Virus record (IMG/VR): IMGVR_UViG_3300031605_000005
Span: 1 to 46,146 of that record
From: a virus
Lineage: Duplodnaviria > Caudoviricetes
Direction: 5' to 3' (one strand)
Length of the DNA: 46,146 nucleotides
The notes below the pieces were generated by a model. That model saw nothing but the letters and a program-made list of their open reading frames with translations. It ran no database searches and had not been told where the DNA came from. Below, piece after piece: positions 10,299 to 20,822 of this stretch (the first letter of the stretch is position 1; the number at the start of each line of letters is the position of its first letter). The translations under genes and the position numbers were made by a program.

Positions 10299-10321
10299 AT
10301 TTGTTTGTAGTTAACTATATT

Positions 10322-11425
10322 TTATTTTTCACCTTCTGCCTTCGTATCTGCTTGCTCCTCTCCTTCTTTAGATTCTTTATGCGTATGTTCCTCTTCTCCA
10401 CCTTCATGAGAATGGACAGTTCCATCCTCGTGCTTGTGTTCTGGTTTATCCTCTTTGGCTTCTTTTTTCTTCTTAGCCTTTTTGGGTTTAGGCTTTTCTT
10501 CCTCTGGCTCTTCTTTGATGGCCTCAAGCTCTTCTTGTTCCGCAACAGCTTTGTCTGTTTTTTCTGCCATCTCATCAAGCTCCTCTGACATCTCTTTCAT
10601 CTTTTCCTGCTCTGAAGCAATGACATCATCTATATCGTTTTCCCTTCTTTCGCTATCGATTTCCGACTCCGTTAGGCTACTAGCTAACTGCTCAAATTCT
10701 TCTTTTGTCCCTGCTTTGCCTACGTACCAGAAACTCACAAAGTAGGCGAACTTACGCATTACTTCAGCAGAAAACTCATCTTGATCTTCGTTCTCCTCCA
10801 TATCGTCATAAGAGTCGAGCCTAGCTCCTATGTCTCCTGTCCCGAAGTAAGGCAAGTCGCTTGTCTCGTTGATTTCTTCGTCTAGTGCTTCCTCATGTGC
10901 AAGCATCAGCGTCCACCACATGATAGTTTTGTTCCTCGCTCTATTCTCTGCTGTTTGATCGAAGATGCTTTGTTGCGCCGATTCAAAATCCTGAATGCGC
11001 TCTTTTATTTCGATCATTGCCTTTATGGTCGTATTGAGCTTTTCTTGCTGTTCTTCGGTTCTAGTCGCCTTCTCTATTAAGGAAAGTCTTTGGTATTCGT
11101 TCTGTAATTCGAATAAAGTAAAATACTGAGCAGAGTACCTTTTCTTGTCTTCTTCACTCAATACACCTCCGTCATTGTCAAACCTCTTCGCCATCAGGGC
11201 TCTAGTCATCATCCCCGCCTTAATTCCTTCCGACAATTTTACTCCGTAGTACAACTCTGCTTCGTCGTACATTTTCCTTGTTGGCTTCCTGATGAAGAAC
11301 TGTCTTGTCACATTTTTCCTTGTTGGCTTAGTGGTCTTGACCTCGTTGCCTTCTTCATCCTTAGACACGACAGTCTCCGTGTCTTCTATCTCCTGAGTCA
11401 TTGAGAATTTATATAACTTTTTCAT
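10322..11425 (-). CDS. Putative tail assembly chaperone 1 with acidic/Lys-rich tail and His-rich patch
   Basis: 367-aa ORF between tail tube and tape measure; FFIRKPTR motif; C-terminal EHKHEDGTVHSHEGGEEEHTH. Confidence 0.5.
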   Translation of the reverse strand: MKKLYKFSMTQEIEDTETVVSKDEEGNEVKTTKPTRKNVTRQFFIRKPTRKMYDEAELYYGVKLSEGIKAGMMTRALMAKRFDNDGGVLSEEDKKRYSAQYFTLFELQNEYQRLSLIEKATRTEEQQEKLNTTIKAMIEIKERIQDFESAQQSIFDQTAENRARNKTIMWWTLMLAHEEALDEEINETSDLPYFGTGDIGARLDSYDDMEENEDQDEFSAEVMRKFAYFVSFWYVGKAGTKEEFEQLASSLTESEIDSERRENDIDDVIASEQEKMKEMSEELDEMAEKTDKAVAEQEELEAIKEEPEEEKPKPKKAKKKKEAKEDKPEHKHEDGTVHSHEGGEEEHTHKESKEGEEQADTKAEGEK

Positions 11426-11652
11426 GTTAATGATCTTATATAACTTTTTGTGTTCTTAAAGTTCGCTCTGCCTCCAATTAATACAAAAAATTGGTTTTGT
11501 TTTTTTGGGTTCCATTCGTCGAATTTTTGCAAAAAAGTTTTCCCCTTGATCCCAGTAACGGAATCAAATTGTACTCCGAAGTTTTGCTCAAGCTTCCTTT
11601 GTGTGCTTTGATATTTGAGCCGTTCTTCAATAACATTTTCCACATCCCTCAT
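11422..11652 (-). CDS. Hypothetical protein
   Basis: 76-aa ORF with ATGA overlaps to both neighbours. Confidence 0.65.
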   Translation of the reverse strand: MRDVENVIEERLKYQSTQRKLEQNFGVQFDSVTGIKGKTFLQKFDEWNPKKQNQFFVLIGGRANFKNTKSYIRSLT

Positions 11653-11879
11653 TTTAACTTAATGTCAAAACTATCTAAATATTCCTCTAATTCCCTTACC
11701 GTGTCGTTTCCTTGATCGAGGATACGCTTCCTATATCTCTGAAAATCCTCTTCGCTGATATTATACCCATCGGTGTTTATATCCTCTAAGATAAATAGGA
11801 AATTCTTATAGAGATTCTTAACCTTTCGGTTAACCTGAAAAGACAGAAATTGCCTAAATTTTTCGTCCCGTTCTTCCAT
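11649..11879 (-). CDS. Hypothetical protein
   Basis: 76-aa ORF, coupled to the next gene; GTATAA motif variant 9 nt upstream. Confidence 0.7.
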   Translation of the reverse strand: MEERDEKFRQFLSFQVNRKVKNLYKNFLFILEDINTDGYNISEEDFQRYRKRILDQGNDTVRELEEYLDSFDIKLK

Positions 11880-11938
11880 AGCCTTCTATTATACCTTTAC
11901 CTACTATAATCTACACATTTTAAGAAAAATGTGGAAAT

Positions 11939-11967
11939 AAAAAAACCCCCCGGAAAACCGGGGGGTT
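11939..11967 (-). terminator. Intrinsic terminator after tail tube gene
   Basis: AACCCCCCGG-TTTT-CCGGGGGGTT followed by a T run on the minus strand. Confidence 0.9.
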
Positions 11968-11989
11968 AGGTTAATGTTATTTAACTTGA

Positions 11990-13237
11990 TTACTGCTGGG
12001 CTGAAGTATCTCTCTCCATGCTCAAGCTATCGTGAGCAACACCGCTCATCCACAACCCTTGGTTGGCTTGGTTAGGCCCACCAATTTGTGTAGCGAACTC
12101 GAATGTAACACTCTTGTTCGAACCGATATCAGAGCTAAAGGACTGCGAGTTAACTTTGCAATTCTTCAGGCGATACTGGACAAAGATGTCCTTAGACTTA
12201 TCAGCTACCGCAGAGCAGTTGGTCGGTCTTAGGAGGTTCACCCGAATATCGTATGACTCATCACAGTTGATCAGGTCATTCAAGCTACCCGTTTGTAGGT
12301 CAGCAACCAATGCGTCAATGCTCATCGTAGCGGTAACCGGGAAAGTAATTTCACGGGTAAACGCATAACGAGAACCAAGTTTTAAGATTGGTTCGCGAGG
12401 CAGATCAATCGATATGCTGTAAGACTGAATCTTAGCATCCGCTTGTTCCACTCCGTCACCAAGTCTAGCACCGGGAGCATCATAATCAGACGAATCAAGA
12501 GTCATAGCGTTATCTTGAGAAGCTATTCCCTCACCCGCTGTTTTCTTGAATTCGAACGTAATATCACCCGGACGCAACACGCTGATCATCAGATCACCAG
12601 TACCAGCACTACCAGTGGCAATAGGCAACCTAAAGTCGCCATTATCAGCCAAGGCGGGAAGGGCATCAGCCATTCTTGTTCCGTCTTCTGGGTTAACTGC
12701 TGGGTTATCTCCAGAAACCGAGTTCTGGAAGGTCATGTTTAGAGCCTCAATGTTAACAGTAGCAGTTGGGAAACCTCCCACGGCTGCTTCAGTTGAGTAA
12801 GAGGTTACATAACCATTACCCAACGCAATGGTTGAGCACTCAGTATCTGTGGTATCAAGAATAGCATCAATACCCTCTTTAGAGGTTCTGATGTAGTAAT
12901 TCTTATCGTCTTGCGTTTTATCAATTAAATTCTTAACGCAAGTATAGCTCCCATCAACAACAAAGCCCAAGGCTCTCTCGTTCTGCAAGTTTGCTAACAG
13001 GTACGAAAAATCTAAGGTTACGGTTGGGGTATCAAGGTTTACCCGATCAATAGCTGCTAACTCGCCAAACTGATTAACATCTGTTCTCTCAATATTGAAA
13101 GAGTAGTTGGCAGTTTGGATTCTATGCAACTGTTTGATTCGGTCAGCAAAAGGTCCCCCTGCTGGCTGTGCGCCAGTTGAAGGAGTTGGACCCACATACA
13201 GGGCCTCACTTTGGTAAATAACTCTATTTCTAGGCAT
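11990..13237 (-). CDS. Major tail (tube) protein
   Basis: 415-aa beta-rich ORF after the neck genes, followed by a strong terminator; paralogous to 31962..33158. Confidence 0.7.
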   Translation of the reverse strand: MPRNRVIYQSEALYVGPTPSTGAQPAGGPFADRIKQLHRIQTANYSFNIERTDVNQFGELAAIDRVNLDTPTVTLDFSYLLANLQNERALGFVVDGSYTCVKNLIDKTQDDKNYYIRTSKEGIDAILDTTDTECSTIALGNGYVTSYSTEAAVGGFPTATVNIEALNMTFQNSVSGDNPAVNPEDGTRMADALPALADNGDFRLPIATGSAGTGDLMISVLRPGDITFEFKKTAGEGIASQDNAMTLDSSDYDAPGARLGDGVEQADAKIQSYSISIDLPREPILKLGSRYAFTREITFPVTATMSIDALVADLQTGSLNDLINCDESYDIRVNLLRPTNCSAVADKSKDIFVQYRLKNCKVNSQSFSSDIGSNKSVTFEFATQIGGPNQANQGLWMSGVAHDSLSMERDTSAQQ

Positions 13238-13326
13238 AATATAAAATCCTTTTCAGGTTAAATAACACGTATATTGTAACTACATTCTTTATTACAGCGC
13301 GGAAGTGGAAATGAGAACTAGAAAAG

Positions 13327-14211
13327 CTACGAATTTAACCGTGGGAATCGTGGCATTCTTAACTCAAAATCGATTACTGAAGTGTAAACCTCAGGATTCA
13401 AATCCCCAAAATCACCCTTTTGTTCCATTTTGGTATAGCTGACCCTAGAGACTTTCACATCATTTATATATAATTGATTTCCAGCGTGAGTAACCCCTGA
13501 GGCGAAATCCGTATAGTTATATTTTTGCCCATCTCGATAATCTCCGAAGACATTAAATGGCATGTCAGATTCAGCCATCAACGGAATCATATCGTACTTA
13601 GAATCTCTAAATATACAAGATATAGCGTCGGAACTAAACTGCGAGTCGGCTAGGGATATAGCTCTTATGTTGACTACGGTTTCGTCCTGTCCACCAAATG
13701 AAAAAGGCACATTTTCGGACCTTTCTTGCTTTAGGAAGATTGCTGGATAAGTTAGCGCATTCACTGGTAAACCAGTTGGGTATTCGAATGTCTTTGGCCT
13801 TCTATGGTATTTAGTCTCAAAGAGCAAGTGCCCCTCGTCTTGGTCTGTTAGGTGAATGCTGATTTCTTTAATCGAGTAGTCTCCACTTACTACCCCTGTT
13901 TGTTCTGAGGAGAAATACAATTGACCCTCATTGTAGTTTATCCCACTGAAATTCTCTGTCCCAGAAGTAATAAATGCGTATCCACCTCCTGATTGAATGT
14001 GGACACCACTCATTATTGTCGCGCCGGGTATTCCATTATCCGAGACTAATTGCTTATACGGAGCAGCGTATGTTGTGTACCCTTGGTATAAATCATCAGT
14101 CGGATAGAACTGAGAACCATGATTTTCGAAGGCTTCCCCTTTTTTCGTTAGCCTGTTGTCGAACCAGAGGTAAAAACTCGACATTACTTGATTGTCAAAT
14201 TGTGCTTTCAT
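13327..14211 (-). CDS. Tail terminator/completion-like virion protein (likely start MKAQFDNQ at 14211)
   Basis: Position just before tail tube; YPAIFL motif resembles tail-terminator families; ATG lies 2 nt after the upstream stop. Confidence 0.45.
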   Translation of the reverse strand: MKAQFDNQVMSSFYLWFDNRLTKKGEAFENHGSQFYPTDDLYQGYTTYAAPYKQLVSDNGIPGATIMSGVHIQSGGGYAFITSGTENFSGINYNEGQLYFSSEQTGVVSGDYSIKEISIHLTDQDEGHLLFETKYHRRPKTFEYPTGLPVNALTYPAIFLKQERSENVPFSFGGQDETVVNIRAISLADSQFSSDAISCIFRDSKYDMIPLMAESDMPFNVFGDYRDGQKYNYTDFASGVTHAGNQLYINDVKVSRVSYTKMEQKGDFGDLNPEVYTSVIDFELRMPRFPRLNS

Positions 14212-14213
14212 TT

Positions 14214-14957
14214 CTAGAGTCCTTGTGGGTTCCTCCAACCTGATTCGCCGGGTCTCATTGGCATCTTAGAGCCTCTTGCTCCACTCATTGCAGTGCCACG
14301 AGTAATCGCTGAAACTGTCATTCTAACTGTTCTATGAAGCTGTCTGTGCCACCAGTTAATAATAGGGGATAAATACCCTGTTGGCTTAAAGTAAGAGCCC
14401 TGAAGATAAGTTCCTTTTAATTGGATCGCGTACCCAGACCTACTCCCTTTAATACCTTGCTTGTATTTATAGTGATGTAAATTAGAAAATCCTCCTTCTA
14501 TTCTTTGAGCCCAACTTTGGCCACCTTCTGGCCAAGGCATTGGGGTCACAGCGTAAAAAGCATTAACATTCGCAACTTTTGCTTTTGCTTCAAAATGAAT
14601 TTGTTTACCCACGGTCCTCCCTCTAGTAAGACGACCCATCTTAGCGTATGAGCGGAAGAGATTTCTCACATCGTTAAGATGAGCAGCACCAATCCCGTTG
14701 AAGCCAATAAAGGAATAAAGGTTCCCTTTTTTTGCTGCTTCTGGGAAGTGAAGAGTATTTGATATATTGTCCGCAGTTCCTCCTTCTTCAATCTCTTGAG
14801 TAACGGGATGAGCATTGAACATTCTCAAGGCATTCCTCTTGGTAGCGTCAAATTTCTGTTTGGCAGCTTTCTTAGCTAACGGACGCACAGCATCCCTAAC
14901 GGCATGACCCTTCATGACTTGCTTCAATAAAATTCTATCGTATACTTTTACGGCCAT
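14214..14957 (-). CDS. Basic neck/tail-completion-like protein
   Basis: 247-aa basic ORF in the head-tail joining block; positional inference. Confidence 0.4.
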   Translation of the reverse strand: MAVKVYDRILLKQVMKGHAVRDAVRPLAKKAAKQKFDATKRNALRMFNAHPVTQEIEEGGTADNISNTLHFPEAAKKGNLYSFIGFNGIGAAHLNDVRNLFRSYAKMGRLTRGRTVGKQIHFEAKAKVANVNAFYAVTPMPWPEGGQSWAQRIEGGFSNLHHYKYKQGIKGSRSGYAIQLKGTYLQGSYFKPTGYLSPIINWWHRQLHRTVRMTVSAITRGTAMSGARGSKMPMRPGESGWRNPQGL

Positions 14958-15397
14958 TATTTGGTTTTTTCTAGGTGGTATACGTATAGTTTGAATCCAA
15001 AGAAATTCTTAACCGCTGGACTCGATGTAAGATTGAACTTCATTCCATCGAATTCAATAGCTTCCGTCTTTCCTCCTCCTTCGATAAATTGGTAACCGGG
15101 GTTTTCGAGTTTTATTCTAGCGTCTCCTTCTATGTAATTTAATTTAACATCGTTCCATTTTTCAGACTCGGCATCGTCTTTGTATGTAATCATAGCGTCG
15201 AAGATGCCAGTTTGTGGAATGTATTCTGTTTTAGATTGGTTCTGCGGTCTATACCCAGCATACAGAGTAGTGCTTAAGTTCGTAACGATCTTCTTCGGTT
15301 CTTTGTGGACAACAATTTGTCTTTTGAACGTATCAAATAAGTTCTTGAAGTCTCCGGTAAAAACCGTGATTTCACTTTCTGTTACTAAGCTCGCCAT
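14957..15397 (-). CDS. Putative head-closure (stopper) protein
   Basis: 146-aa beta-rich ORF in the neck block; positional inference. Confidence 0.45.
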   Translation of the reverse strand: MASLVTESEITVFTGDFKNLFDTFKRQIVVHKEPKKIVTNLSTTLYAGYRPQNQSKTEYIPQTGIFDAMITYKDDAESEKWNDVKLNYIEGDARIKLENPGYQFIEGGGKTEAIEFDGMKFNLTSSPAVKNFFGFKLYVYHLEKTK

Positions 15398-15398
15398 T

Positions 15399-15890
15399 CT
15401 ATGATGATGGTTTTATCCGGTTGTATTGTCTATTCGGATCGAAAACACCAGCGATTGTATCATCACCAGCGACTTGCATTGGGGATGTTCCTCTTAGCTT
15501 GTATGCACCGATGGCTCGCTTTAAATCATCGCGCTCAGAGTTTCTGATCATGATGTACGTCTTGCCTTGCTCGTTTTTATTGATTTTCCTGATTCTCGAT
15601 CCATCTGACTCAAGTTCAATAACTGTGTCAACAGAGGCTGCTGCTAGGTTCGTTCGAATTAGGCCGTCGTAATAATACACATTGTACATCTTCTTAATGA
15701 TGTCCTTCTCTTCTTCTCCGATCTCTGGAGTAACCTCTAACGTAGTCTGGTCTAATACGTAAGTAGCGTTAAGGTGGATATTCAGGTCCCCAAGGTGCGA
15801 TCTGAGCCAATAGCTAATAGGAGGAAGGGAGAGGGTCGATGGCTCGCCCAACTCTCTAAAGATTTCGTCTGCTATAGCTGCAATTTTCAT
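15399..15890 (-). CDS. Putative head-tail adaptor protein
   Basis: 163-aa mostly helical ORF, first gene of the neck block; GTGTAA 8 nt upstream. Confidence 0.45.
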   Translation of the reverse strand: MKIAAIADEIFRELGEPSTLSLPPISYWLRSHLGDLNIHLNATYVLDQTTLEVTPEIGEEEKDIIKKMYNVYYYDGLIRTNLAAASVDTVIELESDGSRIRKINKNEQGKTYIMIRNSERDDLKRAIGAYKLRGTSPMQVAGDDTIAGVFDPNRQYNRIKPSS

Positions 15891-15917
15891 AGTTCTATTT
15901 ACACTGGAAGTGGGCGA

Positions 15918-16541
15918 TCAAATGTGTAATTTTTTTTCTTCTATCTTAAACTTCTTTTGATTCGGTGGTTTGATCTTATCTAGCCCACTCTCGATTCCTT
16001 GTCTTTTCCTCTTCCAGACCATTTTTTGGTCAGATTCTTGTTTATTGAGCCAATAAATAAGGTTTCTATTATTCATCTCAAACCCTCTTTTGAGGAATTT
16101 CCTAAGTCTCACTGACTTACTAGCCCAATTTAGATTGGGCGAGTTCCCTATATATTCTAATGTTTTATCCCCAACGTGCTCAAAATATTTTTCATGATAA
16201 TAGAATGTCCCCTTCGCATCAATCGCAGCACAGCAAACACTTATGTCGAAACTGGAGATGCATTCCCTAGGGGTCTTTTCTGTATGGGTTAGATCGTACA
16301 CCAAGTCCCCCTTCTTCATTTTCTTTCCGAAAGTTTGGTTCTCCACTAAGATAAATCCTTCTTTCATGAGTTTGTCGGCAGCTTTTGCCACAGCGTTTTT
16401 TTCAGCAAAGAAAAAATCGATGTCATTTGGTTCTTGATCCATTAAGAAGTCCATTATGGAACCCCCAGCTATCCAATAGTCGCATCCAATATCTTTAAAA
16501 ACGTCTAAATGCTTTTTAATTTGTTCTTCTGCCGTTTTCAT
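15918..16541 (-). CDS. Pol-beta superfamily nucleotidyltransferase (poly(A) polymerase/CCA-adding head-like)
   Basis: WIAGGSIMDFLMDQEPNDIDFF (GG...DxD) and SFDISVC (RDFT-equivalent) motifs. Confidence 0.8.
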   Translation of the reverse strand: MKTAEEQIKKHLDVFKDIGCDYWIAGGSIMDFLMDQEPNDIDFFFAEKNAVAKAADKLMKEGFILVENQTFGKKMKKGDLVYDLTHTEKTPRECISSFDISVCCAAIDAKGTFYYHEKYFEHVGDKTLEYIGNSPNLNWASKSVRLRKFLKRGFEMNNRNLIYWLNKQESDQKMVWKRKRQGIESGLDKIKPPNQKKFKIEEKKLHI

Positions 16542-18484
16542 CTTAAATCTATGTAGTCTTTATACTCTAGGTATCCTTCACTGCTTCTTAGTATACTGTC
16601 TGTGCTGTCTTCTATCATTCCATTTTCCCTATAATAATCGTATCCTTTATTTTCGCTGGTGTTTCTAGGGGGTTGAGGAACATATTCGTGACAAAAGAAT
16701 AATTCAAAAAAACGGGATAAATTATCATCTCTAAACTCTGCTACGTAGTCCAAGTCTTTAGCATACTTTGGGATCGTCCAAAGTCTCCTTAGGTCTTCAG
16801 TCTCTACCATTTTTCGAATAAACACATCGAGTGAGACAAATTTAGAATTTGCTAAATCGAGTCCTCTTTCTTTCATGCTCGCTATGTATTCTGGCGATGC
16901 TGCACCAAAGTGCTTTACACCTACGGGATTGGAACCCTTTTCTTTTATGACTCGTTGTACCCAATAATAAATAGAACACAAAAGTTCTCTTGGGTTCCTT
17001 AAAAAGGTAAAAGTAAACCACCCATTGCCCTTTGCTCTGTATACTGAATCTAAATCCCAATTAATATGATGGTTATGTAAGTACTTTTTTTTGCCATCGC
17101 TTTCTATGATTTCTTGAAGTTCTTCTTTGCTCCAATCTCTTCCCATCTTATCGTACCAGCTAACCTTCCAATCATAGTCAGTCAGAACAAATTTTTTCAT
17201 GTAGTGATTTATGTATACGCCTCCAGCTTTTCCGTAATGAATGAAAGCCACTTTATCCATCCTTGAAGTATTCCCAAATACCGAACGTACATAGTTATTG
17301 AGTTCTTCGTTATTTTTTTCTATGTAGTCTTTGGCTACCGAAGTCATTATCGAATTCATGTTGGACAATGGCTTGTTCCCTCTGAAGTCCAGTTTCGGGT
17401 CAAAATGAGTATGAAAACTTTTTACATCTTTAAACTCTTGCTCGACCCCTCTCCAGAAGCCTACGTTATGATTTTTCGGAAACAATCCTATGTCGTATTT
17501 TATTGGTATGTAGTTCATGCCTTCTTGCTCGTAGAAGGATGAATTTTCTAGATATAGTTTCCTCCAATAATCAGGGAATGCCTTGTCACTACAAAAAACA
17601 TACCCAGCATTAAAGAACCCGTAGGATAAGCCGTTCTTGCACTTACCTCTGCTATCGTAGTGAGGTGAGAGAATAACGTCTTTAAATATATCTTCTTGCA
17701 AGTCGTCAACCACAACGATGTCAGCGTCCAAGAAAAACGTATTGTCATGGCTTTCGAGAGCCCAATTCATGGACTCCATTTTTTTCAAAATTGCCTCTGG
17801 TCTGTGAAATGTGTTTCTTGCCTTAACCACATTCTCCAACTCTAGCTTTATTTTTTCTAGATGTTCGGGGCTTGCATTGTCTTTAAAAAGTAAATTTTTA
17901 TGCCCTCGTTTCTCTAAGAAGTCTTTAGTAATCTTGTCACACAATATGTAAATTGGTTGATTATGGAAAAACCTTAACGACTTAACCATTAAGTCAACTT
18001 CGTTTTTCATTTCGTGAGTAGCAACAGTGCAAAAACTTTCTATTCGCTTAGAGGGCTTAGGCTCCTCGTTAACTTCCACTAAGTTAATACGGTATGGATA
18101 TTCTTCTTTATATATGTCGGCTATCTTGTTTAAGGCCCTCATGGCTTGAGTGCTTTCCACATTACCGAACTTAAAGACGAGTGTGCTTTGAGGGGTGAAT
18201 TTATTATTTAGTATTTCTTCAAACGTTTCGTCAGTGCTACCTATATCAGCTACGAAAACCATCCAATCTTTTCCGAATAACTCATTCGAAACTCTTTCTA
18301 GAAATTTACCCGCCGAAGCTTCTATGTCTTTCACCACGATACATACTTGAAATCTTCCCGTCTTTTGAACTGTTCCATTTAAAAGAAGGTTAAGAACATT
18401 AAAATTTTTAACCTCGAATTCGTGAGTCCCGGTTTGTCTTAAGCCTACGAACTGCTCTTTTACTTTTAGCTTTGGGGTTGCCAT
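16538..18484 (-). CDS. Multidomain glycosyltransferase-sulfotransferase fusion
   Basis: N-terminal GT2-like fragment (VADIGSTDET), central GT-A domain (FFLDADIVVV, FNAGYVF, FYEQ), C-terminal sulfotransferase PAPS motifs (FIHYGKAGG; FLRNPRELLCSIYYW). Confidence 0.8.
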   Translation of the reverse strand: MATPKLKVKEQFVGLRQTGTHEFEVKNFNVLNLLLNGTVQKTGRFQVCIVVKDIEASAGKFLERVSNELFGKDWMVFVADIGSTDETFEEILNNKFTPQSTLVFKFGNVESTQAMRALNKIADIYKEEYPYRINLVEVNEEPKPSKRIESFCTVATHEMKNEVDLMVKSLRFFHNQPIYILCDKITKDFLEKRGHKNLLFKDNASPEHLEKIKLELENVVKARNTFHRPEAILKKMESMNWALESHDNTFFLDADIVVVDDLQEDIFKDVILSPHYDSRGKCKNGLSYGFFNAGYVFCSDKAFPDYWRKLYLENSSFYEQEGMNYIPIKYDIGLFPKNHNVGFWRGVEQEFKDVKSFHTHFDPKLDFRGNKPLSNMNSIMTSVAKDYIEKNNEELNNYVRSVFGNTSRMDKVAFIHYGKAGGVYINHYMKKFVLTDYDWKVSWYDKMGRDWSKEELQEIIESDGKKKYLHNHHINWDLDSVYRAKGNGWFTFTFLRNPRELLCSIYYWVQRVIKEKGSNPVGVKHFGAASPEYIASMKERGLDLANSKFVSLDVFIRKMVETEDLRRLWTIPKYAKDLDYVAEFRDDNLSRFFELFFCHEYVPQPPRNTSENKGYDYYRENGMIEDSTDSILRSSEGYLEYKDYIDLR

Positions 18485-18726
18485 CCGTCTGTCTTTAGAA
18501 ATTTAGAAAATTGTTCGTGCGTATACTCATCTCTCCCAGCGTAATTCGAAGTTGCCCTAAAAATAAAAAATGGCTGTTCCCCTTTGTATGTTACGAAAGT
18601 CGCTTTTCCATCACTAGAGTATACAAGGTCCTCAGGGCCTTCCTGATCTACTTCTCTCCAATCTATAAGTCGAATTTCATCTTTAAAGATAAGTATGTAT
18701 TTTATATCCCCATCTTTGAACATCAC
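18466..18726 (-). CDS. Small hypothetical protein
   Basis: 86-aa ORF overlapping both neighbours in the operon. Confidence 0.7.
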   Translation of the reverse strand: MMFKDGDIKYILIFKDEIRLIDWREVDQEGPEDLVYSSDGKATFVTYKGEQPFFIFRATSNYAGRDEYTHEQFSKFLKTDGWQPQS

Positions 18727-20822
18727 TTGTTCCAGCTACTCCAGAAACTATTGTTTCTGAAAGCTTCTTCTTTAGTAAACTTATCGAATCTGCTCTTTAT
18801 TCTTCCGTCCCTAATCCCACTAATCTTAACTATGATTTTGTCTGGCATCGGTGAGGATTCTGAAATTTCAATTCTCAAGTATGGCTCCTCGCCGTCCTTG
18901 ATAATAGACAGACCACACAGGCTTGGGGTGCTGCATGTATAACTTATCGCTTGGATACTATCTTCTTCGCAAACATAGACATACTCTTCGTCAAGCTGAG
19001 CCAAAATTATTCTTTCTCCTCCGGTGGAATCAACGACCATTATATCATCGAACCTTGTTTCTGGCATTTCCACGCAAGTCAGCCCAACGTAATCGTCATT
19101 CTTTTTTCCCTTAACGATTGCATATTTTGCGCCTGTCGGACCAGCGGGTCCAGTTGGTCCCGGTCCTCCGCCCGGACCCGGATTACCAGTAGGACCAGCA
19201 GAACCATCAGAACCATCAGGGCCAGTAGGACCAGCAGAACCAGCAGGACCAGCAGGACCAGTACCACCAGCAGGACCAGCACCACCAGCAGGACCAGCAG
19301 CACCAGCAGGACCAGCAGCACCAGCAGGACCAGCACCACCAGCAGGACCAGTACCCCCTAAGTCGCCAGCTTGAGCAAATGAAAGGACAGTCCTATTACC
19401 GCTGGTTAAGACTTCTGTCGTTCTGTTTCTCGGTCCACCGTTTTCACCAATTCCAACTTGGTCACTGGAGTATTTAAAACTAATAGGAACCATATGATAG
19501 TCGTGGGGCGACAAGCCGACACCACTATTCAGAACCGAGCCGTTTACCTGATAACTAACAAATTTAGCTGGAGTAGCCTCGTCAAATATTCTTACCGTCC
19601 CATACGGGGAAGTACTAGTGGAATCATTCAAGCCACTTATCCATGTGGTATTATTAACATGAAGTGCGCCAGAGTCATGAATCCACATATGGGTCGCATC
19701 AGCAAGGCCAGTTTGTTCGATGCTGTGGCCTGTGTTACCAATATAAAACTCGCCACTCAGTGGGGGTATCTGACCTCCAGCAGAATAGGTACTAGCTTTA
19801 TATACGATACTATCACCGCCAAACCCTCCCTGCGGTCCTGTATATCCAAGAGGACCTGTCGGACCAGCTACTGTACTTGCTGCTCCTGAGGGGCCAGTAG
19901 GGCCAGTACCACCAGCAGGACCAGCAGGACCAGCGGAACCTGTGGGACCAGCAGCACCAGCAGGACCCGCACCACCAGCAGGACCCGCACCACCAGCAGG
20001 GCCTGTAGGGCCAGCTACCGTACTTGCTGCTCCTGTCGGTCCAGCAGGACCAGCACCACCAGTAGGACCAGCAGGACCAGCAGGACCAGCACCACCAGCA
20101 GGACCAGCAGAACCAGTAGGACCAGCAGAACCATCAGAACCATCAGGGCCAGTAGGACCTGTGTCTCCATACCGAACGAAAGAAAGACAAATCGTATCGC
20201 CATCGGAAACGTAAGACCAAGAGCCTCCTACAAAAGAGATGGGAATTTTCCAATACCCCGTACCATCAGTAACCGTTGAAGTGACATTAAATATTAGTAC
20301 CTGAGAAGAATCCCCAAGTTTAGTTAATGTTACGACTCCTTTGTTAACGGTATCGGTGGCATTGTCAAAAGACTGAACCCAAGTTTCTACGTTAGTAGTT
20401 GCATCCTTGGCTACATCGTCAATGTAAAGAACGGTAGCGGATGCCGAGGTTGGGTTGTTTATCCAAACTTTTCCGTTTCCTTGATCTGAATCGGCAATAT
20501 TTGATTCCCAAAGAAATAATACCGAAGCACTAGCTCCTGCTCCACCTGTAGCACCAGCGGGGCCAGTTGATCCAACGCCTGTAGGTCCAGCAGCACCTCC
20601 GGGTCCCGTAGGGCCAGAGGGACCTATTGGTCCACCAGCACCACCGGGACCAGTAGGACCTGTATAGCCTTGAGCACCTATTGGTCCTCCCGGTCCAGCG
20701 GGTCCAGTTGGGCCTCCTAAAGGACCAGTAGGTCCCGTTGGGCCAGTAGCACCTGAACCAGAAGGACCAGTGGGTCCCGTTGGGCCAACTAACTCAGTAA
20801 GGTTGGTAATAAAACTTGGCAT
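18723..20822 (-). CDS. Collagen-like fibre protein 2
   Basis: Three Gly-X-Y runs (GPT/GPA) separated by globular domains; Cys-containing C-terminal domain. Confidence 0.9.
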   Translation of the reverse strand: MPSFITNLTELVGPTGPTGPSGSGATGPTGPTGPLGGPTGPAGPGGPIGAQGYTGPTGPGGAGGPIGPSGPTGPGGAAGPTGVGSTGPAGATGGAGASASVLFLWESNIADSDQGNGKVWINNPTSASATVLYIDDVAKDATTNVETWVQSFDNATDTVNKGVVTLTKLGDSSQVLIFNVTSTVTDGTGYWKIPISFVGGSWSYVSDGDTICLSFVRYGDTGPTGPDGSDGSAGPTGSAGPAGGAGPAGPAGPTGGAGPAGPTGAASTVAGPTGPAGGAGPAGGAGPAGAAGPTGSAGPAGPAGGTGPTGPSGAASTVAGPTGPLGYTGPQGGFGGDSIVYKASTYSAGGQIPPLSGEFYIGNTGHSIEQTGLADATHMWIHDSGALHVNNTTWISGLNDSTSTSPYGTVRIFDEATPAKFVSYQVNGSVLNSGVGLSPHDYHMVPISFKYSSDQVGIGENGGPRNRTTEVLTSGNRTVLSFAQAGDLGGTGPAGGAGPAGAAGPAGAAGPAGGAGPAGGTGPAGPAGSAGPTGPDGSDGSAGPTGNPGPGGGPGPTGPAGPTGAKYAIVKGKKNDDYVGLTCVEMPETRFDDIMVVDSTGGERIILAQLDEEYVYVCEEDSIQAISYTCSTPSLCGLSIIKDGEEPYLRIEISESSPMPDKIIVKISGIRDGRIKSRFDKFTKEEAFRNNSFWSSWNK

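Noticed and set aside
10322-10340. Programmed frameshift joining the chaperone genes
   Set aside because: The second ORF cannot be extended upstream past 10283 in the track and is separated by a stop and a terminator-like hairpin.
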